This document shows positions 1 to 9,593 of a stretch of 64,000 bases of DNA, piece after piece. Both the position numbers and the translations under genes were made by a program. The notes under the pieces were generated by a model. It was not told the origin of the DNA. It saw only the letters and a program-made list of their open reading frames with translations, and ran no database searches. The DNA is from Candidatus Omnitrophota bacterium (GTDB lineage Bacteria; Omnitrophota; Gorgyraeia; Gygaellales; Profunditerraquicolaceae). Numbering within the stretch: position 1 is the stretch's first letter; each line of letters begins with the position of its first letter. The DNA is taken from assembly GCA_041650835.1 (NCBI GenBank), contig JBAZKL010000003.1, positions 99,682 through 163,681 of the forward strand, read 5' to 3'.

Positions 1-919
1 GCACGATAATAGGAGGCAATTCTACCGACTCTTTGGCTTCTGGAACGGATTTCTGGATTTCAATCGCTCCCGGCGATGATGCCCCTATCCCCAACTGCTC
101 CTTTACGTCATCGATCTGGTTCAGCTTATCTTTTACCGTATTTTCCAATCTATTATAGTTATCCTGCAAAAGAAGGCTCTTCTCCTGCACATCAGCGACC
201 TTTCTTTCCAAGGCGATTTTATGATCGGTTAACGATTTCAACTGCCGGCGCAAAGTTAAATTCTCGCTCTTAATGACTTTAGCCTCATTGGTAATAACCA
301 TTTTCTCGTTCTTTTCCCTTACCATCTCCTGCGTTAAACTATCCGTGACCTTTTGATTATAATCCAACTGCTGCTTCAACTCCTGGTTCTTGCGGTTCAG
401 GTCTTTAATATCAAAATTCATATTGTTCTTTTCGCGCAGCAATTGCTCATTACTGATCTGGACCTTTTTCAATTCTATACGGACTGTTTCCATCTGAAGC
501 TCTAAAGCCGCCTTGGCCTTTAAAACTCCAGCCCAATATGAATCCCCGGCGCCTGAAACAGCCGACTGCTGGGGTACTTCCTGTTTTTTAACTTCCGGTT
601 TCTCAGCGGCGGCCTTTGCCAGCTTCTTCATCAAATCTTCTTTTTCAATGCTCAACAATTCATATCTCTTATTAATCGTCTCTTTTTCTTTATTCACCCT
701 GTCGACATCATTGCCCAAAGAGCGGTTTTTCTGTTCCAAGCCGCTGATCCTTTGGCTTAAGTCATCAACCTGTTTATTTAATGCTGCATTTTCTTTCTTG
801 GCGCTGTTAAGCTCATCTTCGGTGATCTTTTGTGAACGCATCGTTTGTAGATTCACAAAAACACTGATCACTAAAAAAGCTGCCAGAGCAATAAGTATCA
901 CCTTTGTTTTTTGCAGCAT
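1..919 (-). CDS. Coiled-coil protein with an N-terminal membrane anchor. Only the N-terminal ~306 aa are in the window; the gene runs off the window start.
   Basis: My minus-strand translation from ATG at 919 (MLQKTKVILIALAAFLVISVFV...) is open to position 1. It is a K/E/Q/L-rich heptad-like sequence after one TM helix. A GGAGGA sits 4 nt upstream of the ATG. It is absent from the ORF track because there is no in-window stop. The plus-strand ORF 513..941 is its antisense. Confidence 0.45.
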   Translation of the reverse strand, partial: MLQKTKVILIALAAFLVISVFVNLQTMRSQKITEDELNSAKKENAALNKQVDDLSQRISGLEQKNRSLGNDVDRVNKEKETINKRYELLSIEKEDLMKKLAKAAAEKPEVKKQEVPQQSAVSGAGDSYWAGVLKAKAALELQMETVRIELKKVQISNEQLLREKNNMNFDIKDLNRKNQELKQQLDYNQKVTDSLTQEMVREKNEKMVITNEAKVIKSENLTLRRQLKSLTDHKIALERKVADVQEKSLLLQDNYNRLENTVKDKLNQIDDVKEQLGIGASSPGAIEIQKSVPEAKESVELPPIIV

Positions 920-1022
920 TCATTCCTCCTTAGTAAAATAAATAAAACCGAGAATCCGTGTTTTCTTTACTCTAACCGAGTCGAACTGATAGGGGGACGA
1001 TACTAACCGACTCTTTCAACAT

Positions 1023-2255
1023 TTATAATTTCGCGAACACCCGCTGCATAACCAGGCTTGCGGAACCCAAGGCAACGGAGTTCTCCCTCAATTGCGAATA
1101 AACGATCTTCAGGTCCTCAACAATCTCCCTGAACGCCCATTCCTTGACCGTTGAAGTAACCTTATTAAGGAAGTCGTCTCCCGCCTCTTCTAAACCGCCG
1201 CCGATAACAACCATCTCAGGATTCAGGAAATTAACAATAGAGGCGATCCTGATCCCCAGGCGTTTGGCGGCCAGGTCTAAAGCGGAACAGGCGATCGGGT
1301 CTTTAGCGCGGGCAGCGATAAAAACGCTCTTTAAATCCACATTATCAAGCGTAGCCGAAGTCAATTTCAGGAACCTTTCAGCCCCCTGCTTATCTTTATT
1401 CATCAAAGACTTTACATCTTCAACGATACCCAGGTCTATTTCCCACCGCTTCATGAAACAGCTGTTACCTAAATTGCAATTAAACGCATCTTGTTCCTTA
1501 TAATTATAAATAGACACCTCGCCTGCATACCCCTGGGTGCCCCGATAAATCTCGCCGTTAACCATCATCCCGCAGCCGACGCCTGAAAACATGTAAACGA
1601 CATTCTTGAGGCCGAACCCCGAACCCAGCCAATATTCCCCGAAACAGGCGCTCGTGGCGTCATTCTCTATCATCGCCGGAAGATTGAATTCCCGCTCGAT
1701 CAAATCTTTTAACGGTAAATCAACCGACGCATACGTATAATAATGATCCATCTTTTGCGGCCAATGGATCGAACCGTCTTTTTTATTGATCAACCCGGCG
1801 ATGCCGATGCCGATCCCTTTGATCTGCGAGGTATATTCTTTAGAACGCCTGATGATCTCGCGAATGATCTGCAAGAGGCATTCCGTGATCTCTTTTACCG
1901 ATGGACGGGGGCGGGCGATCTGCGTTTTAGTAATAATATTGCCTTTCAAGTCTATCAAGACGCCGACAATATTCATAAGGTTTAAGCCTACGCCGATGAC
2001 ATAGCCGCCCTGAGGATTCAGGTCCAGGAGTGTCGGGCGCCTGCCGCCTTCAGAGCGGTCCAATTCTTTTTCATACACGAGATTATATTTTATGAATTCA
2101 TCGATATAATTAGATATGGTTACTACGTTTATGCCGATCTCCTTAGAGATTTCCGGCCGGCTGATAGGCCCGAGCCTGCGCAGGATTTCAAAAATATCAA
2201 TATTTCGTTTTTCTTTTTCCGAAAATTCCTCTTTCTGAAAATTATTGAACTTCAT
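1023..2255 (-). CDS. ROK-family transcriptional regulator (NagC/XylR-like): N-terminal HTH plus sugar-kinase fold
   Basis: 410 aa. The N-terminal wHTH (ILRRLGPISRPEISKEIGINVVTISNYIDEF) is followed by an ROK glucokinase-like core (GVGLNL...GEI..G..G.AGE, C-x-C-G motif region). Confidence 0.8.
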   Translation of the reverse strand: MKFNNFQKEEFSEKEKRNIDIFEILRRLGPISRPEISKEIGINVVTISNYIDEFIKYNLVYEKELDRSEGGRRPTLLDLNPQGGYVIGVGLNLMNIVGVLIDLKGNIITKTQIARPRPSVKEITECLLQIIREIIRRSKEYTSQIKGIGIGIAGLINKKDGSIHWPQKMDHYYTYASVDLPLKDLIEREFNLPAMIENDATSACFGEYWLGSGFGLKNVVYMFSGVGCGMMVNGEIYRGTQGYAGEVSIYNYKEQDAFNCNLGNSCFMKRWEIDLGIVEDVKSLMNKDKQGAERFLKLTSATLDNVDLKSVFIAARAKDPIACSALDLAAKRLGIRIASIVNFLNPEMVVIGGGLEEAGDDFLNKVTSTVKEWAFREIVEDLKIVYSQLRENSVALGSASLVMQRVFAKL

Positions 2256-2688
2256 GTCAATGCCTTTCCCCGTGGCTCTAGAAAAAAAATTATTATTGGA
2301 TTTATTTATACTACCAATAGCACCTTAAGTCAAGTGTTTTTAATAAGTAAGCTATTGATTTTTTTGTAAATGCCTGACTAATAAGCAATACCGTTGAGTT
2401 TTCGTTACTAAAAACATTAAAAATAACTTAACCCTATTTAAGCCCTAGCCTTGCCTCTTTTTGTCATATACCCTTAAATCCGCAAGTTAATCTATGGCCT
2501 ACGGTCACAAGACACAGGTCTCAGGCCACAGGTCGCATGTCGCAAATAGTCAACAGTCCATGAACTACTTGTGACTTGCGACATAAGACCTGTGACTTAT
2601 GACTAAAACGCTGGGACACTGGCGGCTGGGGCACTGGTGTTCTGGGGCACCCGGAAAGCCGAAGCTCAAGCTTTCCCGCAGCCAAAGG

Positions 2689-2717
2689 TTGACTATTATG
2701 AAAAAATTGGTATAATT
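2689..2717 (+). promoter_or_regulatory. Near-consensus sigma70 promoter driving tRNA-Thr
   Basis: TTGACT (2689-2694), a 16-nt spacer, then TGgTATAAT extended -10 (2708-2716). The predicted TSS is a few nt before the tRNA 5' end at 2727. Confidence 0.5.
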
Positions 2718-2726
2718 ATTAAAATC

Positions 2727-2799
2727 GCTGGCGTAGCTCAGTTGGTAGAGCAGCGCTTTCGTAAAGCGCGGGTCGGAGGTTCAATTCCTCTCGCCAGCT
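2727..2799 (+). tRNA. tRNA-Thr (anticodon CGU)
   Basis: A cloverleaf can be drawn by eye. The acceptor stem is GCTGGCG/CGCCAGC, the D-arm AGCTCAGTTGGTAGAGC, the anticodon stem-loop GCGCT-TTCGTAA-AGCGC (anticodon CGT), and the T-arm GGAGGTTCAATTCCTC. The discriminator is T and no CCA is encoded. Confidence 0.85.
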
Positions 2800-2825
2800 T
2801 TTTTCTACCTATCCGCGTATTCAAC

Positions 2826-4088
2826 ATGGCAAAATTCACCCATATACTCAGCAACCGTAATTTCTTTCTCTTATGGATGGGACAGATCATCTCTCAATTA
2901 GGCGACAGGCTTGGACAAATGGCATTGATCGCCTTTGTCTATTTACGAACGCCCGGATCTTCTTTTGAAATAGCCAAAACCCTTTCTTTCACTATTTTGC
3001 CGGTGTTTTTGATCGGCCCGCTTGCCGGCGTATACGTTGACCGTTGGAACAGGCGTAAAACCATGTACTTTTGCGATTTTATACGAGCGGCATTAGTGGT
3101 AACCATTCCCGCCTTCCTTTTTTATAGTAGAAATTTGAGCTGGATCTACTGTATTATATTCATTATCTTCTCCATAGGGCGTTTTTTTGTACCGGCGAAA
3201 CTGTCCGTCATACCGGAGGTCGTTGAGGAAAAAGACCTCTTAATTGCCAACTCCCTGATCAATACGACCGGCATGATCGCGGCGATCCTGGGATTCGGGA
3301 TCAGCGGTGTTATCGTTGAATGGCTTGGGGCAAAAAGCGGTTTTTATTTAGATTCCTTGAGCTTCCTGGTCTCAGGGCTCTTGATCTTTGCCATTGTGAA
3401 AAAACACGGCGGAGGCTCCGCTTCCAGGAAAACAGGCGATACTGCGCTGCTGCATATCAGGAAATCGGTATTGCACGAAATTAAAGACGGCATCCTCTAC
3501 TTTATAAAAGAAAAGGATATCCGCTTCACCGCGGGCATCATGTTTATTTTATGGGCCGCGCTGGGAGCGGTGTATGTCGTCATCATTGTTTTTGTCCAGG
3601 AAACTCTCCATTCAGCGACAAAAGACCTGGGCCTTTTGATCATGTTCCTGGGGATCGGATTATTCCTCGGCTCTCTTGCCTACGGCCGGTTCGGCCACAA
3701 GATCTCTCATTATAAAACGATCTTTTCCGCTTTGATCTTAAGCGGGCTTATGGTCATACTCTTTGCATTAGGGATCAACCGTTACCCCTTTTTCTCAGTC
3801 GCCGCTACGCTTTCATTGATTTTAGGGCTGAGCATTGCCCCGATCATGATAGCTACAAACACCATTATTCATAAAGTAAGCCAAAATCATATGCTGGGAA
3901 AGATATTCAGCTCATTAGAGATCATCATGCACCTGGGATTCTTATTATTCATGTTTTTAAGCAGCATCCTCGCGGAAAAGATCCCGCCGTTATATATTCT
4001 TGTCTTTGTAGGAAGCATTATCAGTATCATCGGGATAATCAATCTCATCCTTAACAGGCGAATCCCCTGGCTCAATGGTATTTCCTAA
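2826..4088 (+). CDS. MFS transporter
   Basis: The track ORF 2637..4088 begins at a GTG that would read through the tRNA. The first ATG downstream of the tRNA (2826, MAKFTHILSNRNFF...) gives a ~420 aa protein with ~12 predicted TM helices and an MFS-like G-x-L-x-D-R-x-G-R-R motif (GPLAGVYVDRWNRRK). Confidence 0.75.
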   Translation: MAKFTHILSNRNFFLLWMGQIISQLGDRLGQMALIAFVYLRTPGSSFEIAKTLSFTILPVFLIGPLAGVYVDRWNRRKTMYFCDFIRAALVVTIPAFLFYSRNLSWIYCIIFIIFSIGRFFVPAKLSVIPEVVEEKDLLIANSLINTTGMIAAILGFGISGVIVEWLGAKSGFYLDSLSFLVSGLLIFAIVKKHGGGSASRKTGDTALLHIRKSVLHEIKDGILYFIKEKDIRFTAGIMFILWAALGAVYVVIIVFVQETLHSATKDLGLLIMFLGIGLFLGSLAYGRFGHKISHYKTIFSALILSGLMVILFALGINRYPFFSVAATLSLILGLSIAPIMIATNTIIHKVSQNHMLGKIFSSLEIIMHLGFLLFMFLSSILAEKIPPLYILVFVGSIISIIGIINLILNRRIPWLNGIS

Positions 4089-4129
4089 AAAGGGGAAATA
4101 TGATATAATAAAAATAATGAAAGAATATC

Positions 4130-5410
4130 ATGATTAAATTATCCGAACATAAATCTCAAACCGAGCATAAAACGATACGGGGATCTTCTCTGCCCGCGCG
4201 TGTTTACCTGCCGTTAAGCCAGCATATAGGTAAAATCTGTTCTCCGGAAGTCGCTCTTGGAGATACCGTATTAAAAGGCCAGCGCGTCGCCGCGGCAAAT
4301 GCCGGAGTATACTCCCCCCTACACGCGCCTATATCAGGTGAGGTTACGGCGATCAAAGAATGGCCGCATCCGCTTTTAGGGCGCTGCCAAGCTATCGTTA
4401 TTGAAAGCGACCTGGCAGATAAAGCGGTTGCAACTCAGACACCCCGGCTGCCGGACGAAATAGGCGCCTTGACCCCGGAACAGATCAGGACGGCCGTATT
4501 CGAAGCAGGGATCGTCGGCTTAGGCGGAGCAAGCTTTCCTACCCATATCAAATTGACACCCCCCAAGCCTATCGACAGCCTGATCATTAACGGCGCGGAA
4601 TGCGAACCATACTTAACCAGCGACGACCGGTTAATGGTGGAAAAAACCCGGGAAATCATCTTAGGTATACGCTTAGTTGAAAAGTGCCTCGGGGCTAAGA
4701 ATGTTTATATTGCCATTGAAAACAATAAAGCCCATGCCATAAAAATATTTAAAGAGCTCCTCGTCGATACAGGCTTTAAGCTGCATGTTTTAAGATCCCA
4801 ATATCCTCAAGGAGGAGAAAAGCAGTTGATTCAAAGCGTCGTGAAGCGGCAGGTGCCGACGGGGAAATTCCCTTTTGATATCGGGGTTGTAGTGCAAAAT
4901 GTCGCGACCATCTACGCCATCTATGAAGCTCTCTATTTAAGGAAGCCTTTATATGAACGGGTCATGACCATAAGCGGGGATTGCCTGCAGAATCCCGGCA
5001 ACCTCCTGGTCCGCTTAGGCACGCCGGTCAAAGACTTGATCGCGCAATGCGGCCCATTGATCAAGCCACCCCAACAGATCATTTTCGGGGGGCCGATGAT
5101 GGGGCTTGCCCAATATAGCCAGGATGTTCCGGTCATTAAGAATACCAACGGCATCCTTCTTTTATCAGAGGCGCAAGTCAAAGAGTCCCAAGAGAATACC
5201 TGTATCCGTTGCGGCCGCTGCGTGGAATATTGCCCTCTGGGATTAATGCCCTGCTTGATGAGCATGGCCGGTGAAAAAGAAAAATGGGACCTGGCAAAAA
5301 GCTACGGATGCCTTGAATGCATGGAATGCGGGCTCTGTAATTATGTCTGCCCGCAAAAAAGAAATATCGTGCAAACGATCAAAACGTCTAAAATAAGGAT
5401 ACCCAAATGA
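4130..5410 (+). CDS. rnfC: Rnf electron transport complex subunit C
   Basis: 426 aa. It has a NADH-binding glycine motif (GLGGASFPTHIKL) and two C-terminal 4Fe-4S ferredoxin motifs (CIRCGRCVEYCP, CLECMECGLCNYVCP). Confidence 0.9.
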   Translation: MIKLSEHKSQTEHKTIRGSSLPARVYLPLSQHIGKICSPEVALGDTVLKGQRVAAANAGVYSPLHAPISGEVTAIKEWPHPLLGRCQAIVIESDLADKAVATQTPRLPDEIGALTPEQIRTAVFEAGIVGLGGASFPTHIKLTPPKPIDSLIINGAECEPYLTSDDRLMVEKTREIILGIRLVEKCLGAKNVYIAIENNKAHAIKIFKELLVDTGFKLHVLRSQYPQGGEKQLIQSVVKRQVPTGKFPFDIGVVVQNVATIYAIYEALYLRKPLYERVMTISGDCLQNPGNLLVRLGTPVKDLIAQCGPLIKPPQQIIFGGPMMGLAQYSQDVPVIKNTNGILLLSEAQVKESQENTCIRCGRCVEYCPLGLMPCLMSMAGEKEKWDLAKSYGCLECMECGLCNYVCPQKRNIVQTIKTSKIRIPK

Positions 5411-5943
5411 AAGAAATGATACGATTCGGATTTATTTTGGGATTCATCTGTTTTTTAGCCAGCGGGGTATTAGCGGTAGTCAATAACGTTACCGCGCCAA
5501 AGATCAACGAACAAAAAGACCTTGAAGAAAAGGCCGGTTTAAAAGAAGTTGTGCCCGCTGCCGCGACGTTCAAGCCGCATAAACAAGGAGAAACAACCGA
5601 TTACTATAACGCTTATGATCCCTCAAACAAACTCATCGGTTTTGTGCTCAAGACGCAAACCAAAGGCTATTCCTCTACCATAGAAGCTTTAACAGGATTG
5701 GACCTTAACCTGGAAATAACCAGCATTAAAATACTATCCCAGAATGAAACCCCCGGTTTAGGGACGCGCATTACAGAACCGGCATTTAAAGGGCAATTTA
5801 CAGGGAAATCCCTGGCAACTTTTGGCCAGATCCAGGCTATTACCGGAGCGACTATATCCTCCGGAGGAGTAATTAATTCCATAAAAACAAAAATAACCGA
5901 ACTCAACGATCAATTATCAGGAGAGATCCCGAGTGCCCGATAA
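5407..5943 (+). CDS. rnfG: Rnf complex subunit G (FMN-binding)
   Basis: 178 aa with a single N-terminal TM and an FMN-binding domain carrying the covalent-FMN motif TGATISSGGV. It overlaps rnfC by 4 bp. Confidence 0.85.
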   Translation: MKEMIRFGFILGFICFLASGVLAVVNNVTAPKINEQKDLEEKAGLKEVVPAAATFKPHKQGETTDYYNAYDPSNKLIGFVLKTQTKGYSSTIEALTGLDLNLEITSIKILSQNETPGLGTRITEPAFKGQFTGKSLATFGQIQAITGATISSGGVINSIKTKITELNDQLSGEIPSAR

Positions 5944-6934
5944 ACCCGCTCAAGAAAATACTACAGAAGCCGTCAACCAGCTGCACGTCTTTACTTCGCC
6001 GCATATCCACAGCCGTGAAACCGTCTCTAAAACCATGTGGTCGGTATTCCTGGCATTGGTGCCTGCGGGTATTGCCGGAATATACTTCTTCGGATTTCCC
6101 GCGCTCAAAGTTATCATTATCTCCATACTCAGCTGTGTTATAACAGAAGCGCTCATTCAGAGGCTTAGCCATAAAAAGATCACCATTTCAGACGGTTCCG
6201 CCGCGCTCACCGGGATACTCCTGGCATATAACCTTTCTTCAAGCGTCCCTTTCTGGGTACCGCTGGCCGGCGGCATCTTTGCCATCGCCATCGCCAAACA
6301 GGTATTTGGCGGATTAGGAGCTAATATTTTCAATCCCGCATTGGCGGCGCGGGCATTCCTGCTGGCATCCTGGCCGAAACAAATGACTGATTTTGCCAGG
6401 CCGCTGAGCCCTGATGCCGTAACTCAAGCTACTCCTCTTATGCTTTTAAAAGAAGGGCAATTCAATGATTTAACGCAATTAGGGATATCCTACTGGGATA
6501 TGTTCATTGGCAAACGCGGCGGATGCATCGGCGAAGTCTGCATTATCGCCCTTCTGATCGGAGCGGCGTATTTATTATGGAAGGGGTATATCTGGTGGCA
6601 GACGCCTTTAGGGTTCATCCTCACCTTAGGAGGATTCAGTTGGATTTTCGGAACTGCCGGATTCTTTAAAGGAGATTTCTTATTCAGCATTCTATCGGGA
6701 GGAGTGGTTTTAGGAGCTTTTTTTATGGCCACTGATTACGTAACAACTCCGATCACCAGAAATGGGCAATTAGTATTCGGGATATCCTGCGGGATAATAG
6801 CTTTTATCATACGCAGGTTCGGCGGCTATCCTGAAGGGGTATCGTATTCCATCCTGATCATGAATGCCTTTACGCCGCTTATTGACCGTTATCTGCGGCC
6901 GCGTAAATACGGGACCAGGATACCTTCAGCATAA
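5933..6934 (+). CDS. rnfD: Rnf complex subunit D
   Basis: 333 aa polytopic membrane protein of the NqrB/RnfD family, with GGLGANIFNPALAARAFL and TGILLAYN motifs. Confidence 0.85.
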   Translation: MPDKPAQENTTEAVNQLHVFTSPHIHSRETVSKTMWSVFLALVPAGIAGIYFFGFPALKVIIISILSCVITEALIQRLSHKKITISDGSAALTGILLAYNLSSSVPFWVPLAGGIFAIAIAKQVFGGLGANIFNPALAARAFLLASWPKQMTDFARPLSPDAVTQATPLMLLKEGQFNDLTQLGISYWDMFIGKRGGCIGEVCIIALLIGAAYLLWKGYIWWQTPLGFILTLGGFSWIFGTAGFFKGDFLFSILSGGVVLGAFFMATDYVTTPITRNGQLVFGISCGIIAFIIRRFGGYPEGVSYSILIMNAFTPLIDRYLRPRKYGTRIPSA

Positions 6935-6940
6935 GAAAAC

Positions 6941-7576
6941 ATGAAGAAATTAATCAAAGAATTTACCAAAGGGATCATCATTGAAAATCCCACGTTCGGC
7001 TTAGTCCTGGGATTATGCCCGACACTCGCGGTTTCGACTTCAGTTTCTAACGCACTCGGCATGGGGGCCGCGGCAACCTTTGTCCTGCTTGGTTCTAATA
7101 TCATCATTTCTGCGATACGCAAAATGATCCCCAAAGAGATCCGTATCCCTTGCTATATAGTTATTATCGCCACTTTTGTCACGATTAATGAACTGGTGAT
7201 GAAAGCATACCTGCCGGCACTCAACGCTTCGCTGGGGATATTCGTCCCCCTCATTGTCGTTAATTGCATTGTCTTAGGCAGAGCGGAAGCTTTCGCCTGT
7301 AAGAACCCTGTATTGCATTCAATTTTTGACGCCCTGGGAATGGGAACGGGCTTTACCATAGCTCTCGTCATCATTTCTGCCATCAGAGAACTTTTAGGTA
7401 CGGGAAGGCTGCTCGGATCGGTTATCATTAAAGATTTTGCCCCGGTTACCATGATGATCCTGGCTCCGGGGGCGTTACTGACACTGGGATTATTGATCGG
7501 GCTTGTCAATTATTACCATATTAAACGAAAGACCAATAAAGAAATAACAAAGGTAGGCTGTGATGGATGTAAGTAA
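6941..7576 (+). CDS. rnfE: Rnf complex subunit E
   Basis: 211 aa with RnfE/NqrD family motifs (GLCPTLAV, VNCIVLGRAEAFA). Confidence 0.85.
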   Translation: MKKLIKEFTKGIIIENPTFGLVLGLCPTLAVSTSVSNALGMGAAATFVLLGSNIIISAIRKMIPKEIRIPCYIVIIATFVTINELVMKAYLPALNASLGIFVPLIVVNCIVLGRAEAFACKNPVLHSIFDALGMGTGFTIALVIISAIRELLGTGRLLGSVIIKDFAPVTMMILAPGALLTLGLLIGLVNYYHIKRKTNKEITKVGCDGCK

Positions 7577-8171
7577 GTTCATGGTTGTGATGATCTCCAT
7601 GGTATTCATAAACAACTTTATCCTTTCAAAATTCTTAGGATTATGCGCTTTTATCGGCGTCTCGAAAGAAACCAAACCGGCCATTTCCATGGGGCTCGCG
7701 GTAACGTTCGTCACCACGTTATCCAGCATGATCACGTGGCTTATATACAAATTCCTCCTGATCCCATTTAATATCACTTATTTAAGGACCATTTCATTTA
7801 TACTTGTTATTGCAAGCTTCGTTCAATTTGTAGAAATGGTCGTGCGCAAGACTTCTCCGGGGTTATATCGTTTGTTTGGGATCTATCTACCGCTTATTAC
7901 CGTAAACTGCGCGGTCTTAGGGGTAGCGGTCTTGAATTCGGAAACTTTTTTTCAAGAGGGATATACCGTTCAAGAAAGTTTTTGGTTCAGCGCTGCGCAG
8001 GGATTCTTTGCCGGGATCGGCTTTTTATTGGCGATGATCCTGATGTCCGGGATCAGAGAACGCCTGGAGCTGACCGATGTCCCCAAACCTTTTAAAGATG
8101 TGCCGTTAGCTTTCATTATTGCCTCTCTTATGAGCCTGGCATTCATGGGATTTAACGGCTTTCGCTTCTAA
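7560..8171 (+). CDS. rnfA: Rnf complex subunit A
   Basis: 203 aa with RnfA/NqrE motifs (FLGLCAF, LITVNCAVLG). Confidence 0.85.
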   Translation: MMDVSKFMVVMISMVFINNFILSKFLGLCAFIGVSKETKPAISMGLAVTFVTTLSSMITWLIYKFLLIPFNITYLRTISFILVIASFVQFVEMVVRKTSPGLYRLFGIYLPLITVNCAVLGVAVLNSETFFQEGYTVQESFWFSAAQGFFAGIGFLLAMILMSGIRERLELTDVPKPFKDVPLAFIIASLMSLAFMGFNGFRF

Positions 8172-8173
8172 AA

Positions 8174-8986
8174 ATGAATATTATAGCTGCGATTTTAACA
8201 GTTACCGGTTTAGGGATTATTTTCGGGATCGGATTAGCGGCAGCATCAAAGAAATTCTGCGTGGTAAGCGACCCGCGGCTGGAAAAGATTTATGCCCGGC
8301 TTCCCGGGGCGAACTGCGGGGCATGCGGGATGCCCGGATGCATGGGATTTGCCGAAGGCCTGATACAGGGTACTTGCACCGTTGATAAGTGCGCTGTTTC
8401 GCAGGAAGAATCGCGCAAAGAGATCGCAAGCATTCTCGGGAAAGAAGCAAAAGCCAAACTCAAGAAATTAGCGGTTTTACTCTGCCACGGCGGCTGTAAG
8501 CGCGTTAAAAACAAAATGTTCTACTCAGGAATCAAGGACTGCATTGCCGCAAACGCGGTATTAGGCGGCCCTAAGGCCTGCGCGTACGGCTGTATCGGCT
8601 ACGGAAACTGTGTTGCGGTTTGCCCCTTCGGGGCTATTACAATGGGAGAAGACTGCCTGCCGCAGGTAGATGAAAAAAAATGTACGGCCTGCGGAAAATG
8701 CGTCGCTATCTGCCCTAAGAAATTATTTATCCTTACTCCCGCGACAAGCATTGTTACGGTTGCTTGCAGTTCGCACGACACGGGAAAAGACACAAAAGCT
8801 GCCTGCCCCGTCGGCTGTATCGCCTGTAAGATCTGCGAGAAGACCTGTAAATTCGACGCGATCCATGTCACGAACAACCTTTCGGTCATTGACTACGCCA
8901 AATGCACTTCCTGCGGGGCCTGCGTAAAAGTCTGCCCCGCCAAGACCATCAGGATGAGGCAATTACCGCCGAAAAAAAAATCATAA
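8174..8986 (+). CDS. rnfB: Rnf complex subunit B (polyferredoxin)
   Basis: 270 aa. It has an N-terminal TM, a CGACGMPGC cluster motif and several CxxCxxCxxxCP 4Fe-4S motifs. Confidence 0.85.
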   Translation: MNIIAAILTVTGLGIIFGIGLAAASKKFCVVSDPRLEKIYARLPGANCGACGMPGCMGFAEGLIQGTCTVDKCAVSQEESRKEIASILGKEAKAKLKKLAVLLCHGGCKRVKNKMFYSGIKDCIAANAVLGGPKACAYGCIGYGNCVAVCPFGAITMGEDCLPQVDEKKCTACGKCVAICPKKLFILTPATSIVTVACSSHDTGKDTKAACPVGCIACKICEKTCKFDAIHVTNNLSVIDYAKCTSCGACVKVCPAKTIRMRQLPPKKKS

Positions 8987-8987
8987 A

Positions 8988-9593
8988 ATGATGAAAAATA
9001 TCGCTATCTTTGCTTCAGGAAGAGGGACCAATTTTGCCGCGATTGCCGAAGCAGTTTCCCGGAAGCAGCTTATGGCCCGCATCGCGATATTAGTATGCGA
9101 CAATCCCGAAGCGCCTGTTATCAAAAAAGCCGGACGCCTCGGGATAAAAGCCCTTATAATAGCGCGCGAAGATTTTACGGCAAGAGGCGATTTTGAAGCC
9201 CAGATCAGCCTGGCCCTCAATAAAGAAAAGATCGATTTTATCGTCCTGGCGGGCTTTATGCGTATCTTAAGTACCGCCTTCGTGCGCCGTTATAAAAACC
9301 GCATCATTAACATCCATCCCTCCCTGTTACCGGCCTTTAAAGGAGCGAATGCTATTAAAGAGGCCTTTGCGTATGGGGCAAAGATAACCGGTGTCACGGT
9401 ACATTTTGTCGATGAACAGATCGATCACGGGCCGATCATACTTCAAGAACCGCTCAAAGTAACCACAGCAGATACCCTGAAGTCATTGGAAGCTAAAATA
9501 CACTCCCTCGAACATGCCCTCTACCCCAAAGCTCTTCAATTATTATTACACGGGAAATTAAAATTCTCGGGAAGGAAACTTAAAAACAGTTAA
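8988..9593 (+). CDS. purN: Phosphoribosylglycinamide formyltransferase
   Basis: 201 aa. It shows the formyl-transferase hallmarks: IAIFASGRGTNF, LAGFMRIL, NIHPSLLPAFKG and HxxD (HFVDEQIDHGPII). Confidence 0.85.
   Translation: MMKNIAIFASGRGTNFAAIAEAVSRKQLMARIAILVCDNPEAPVIKKAGRLGIKALIIAREDFTARGDFEAQISLALNKEKIDFIVLAGFMRILSTAFVRRYKNRIINIHPSLLPAFKGANAIKEAFAYGAKITGVTVHFVDEQIDHGPIILQEPLKVTTADTLKSLEAKIHSLEHALYPKALQLLLHGKLKFSGRKLKNS

Noticed and set aside
513-941. Plus-strand 142-aa ORF, F/S/L-rich and low-complexity.
   Set aside because: It is antisense to the much longer open coiled-coil reading frame on the minus strand (919 to the window edge). Its composition is the mirror of a K/E/Q-rich coiled coil.
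2637-2825. The upstream GTG-initiated extension of the MFS ORF (track ORF 2637..4088) spans the tRNA-Thr gene and its promoter.
   Set aside because: The extension reads straight through a well-formed tRNA (its 'protein' sequence AGVAQLVEQRFRKARVGGSIPLA is the tRNA translated). The real start is the first ATG after the tRNA at 2826.
8217-8962. Several 74-96 aa ORFs on both strands within rnfB.
   Set aside because: Nested or antisense to a cysteine-rich ferredoxin gene. No independent signals.
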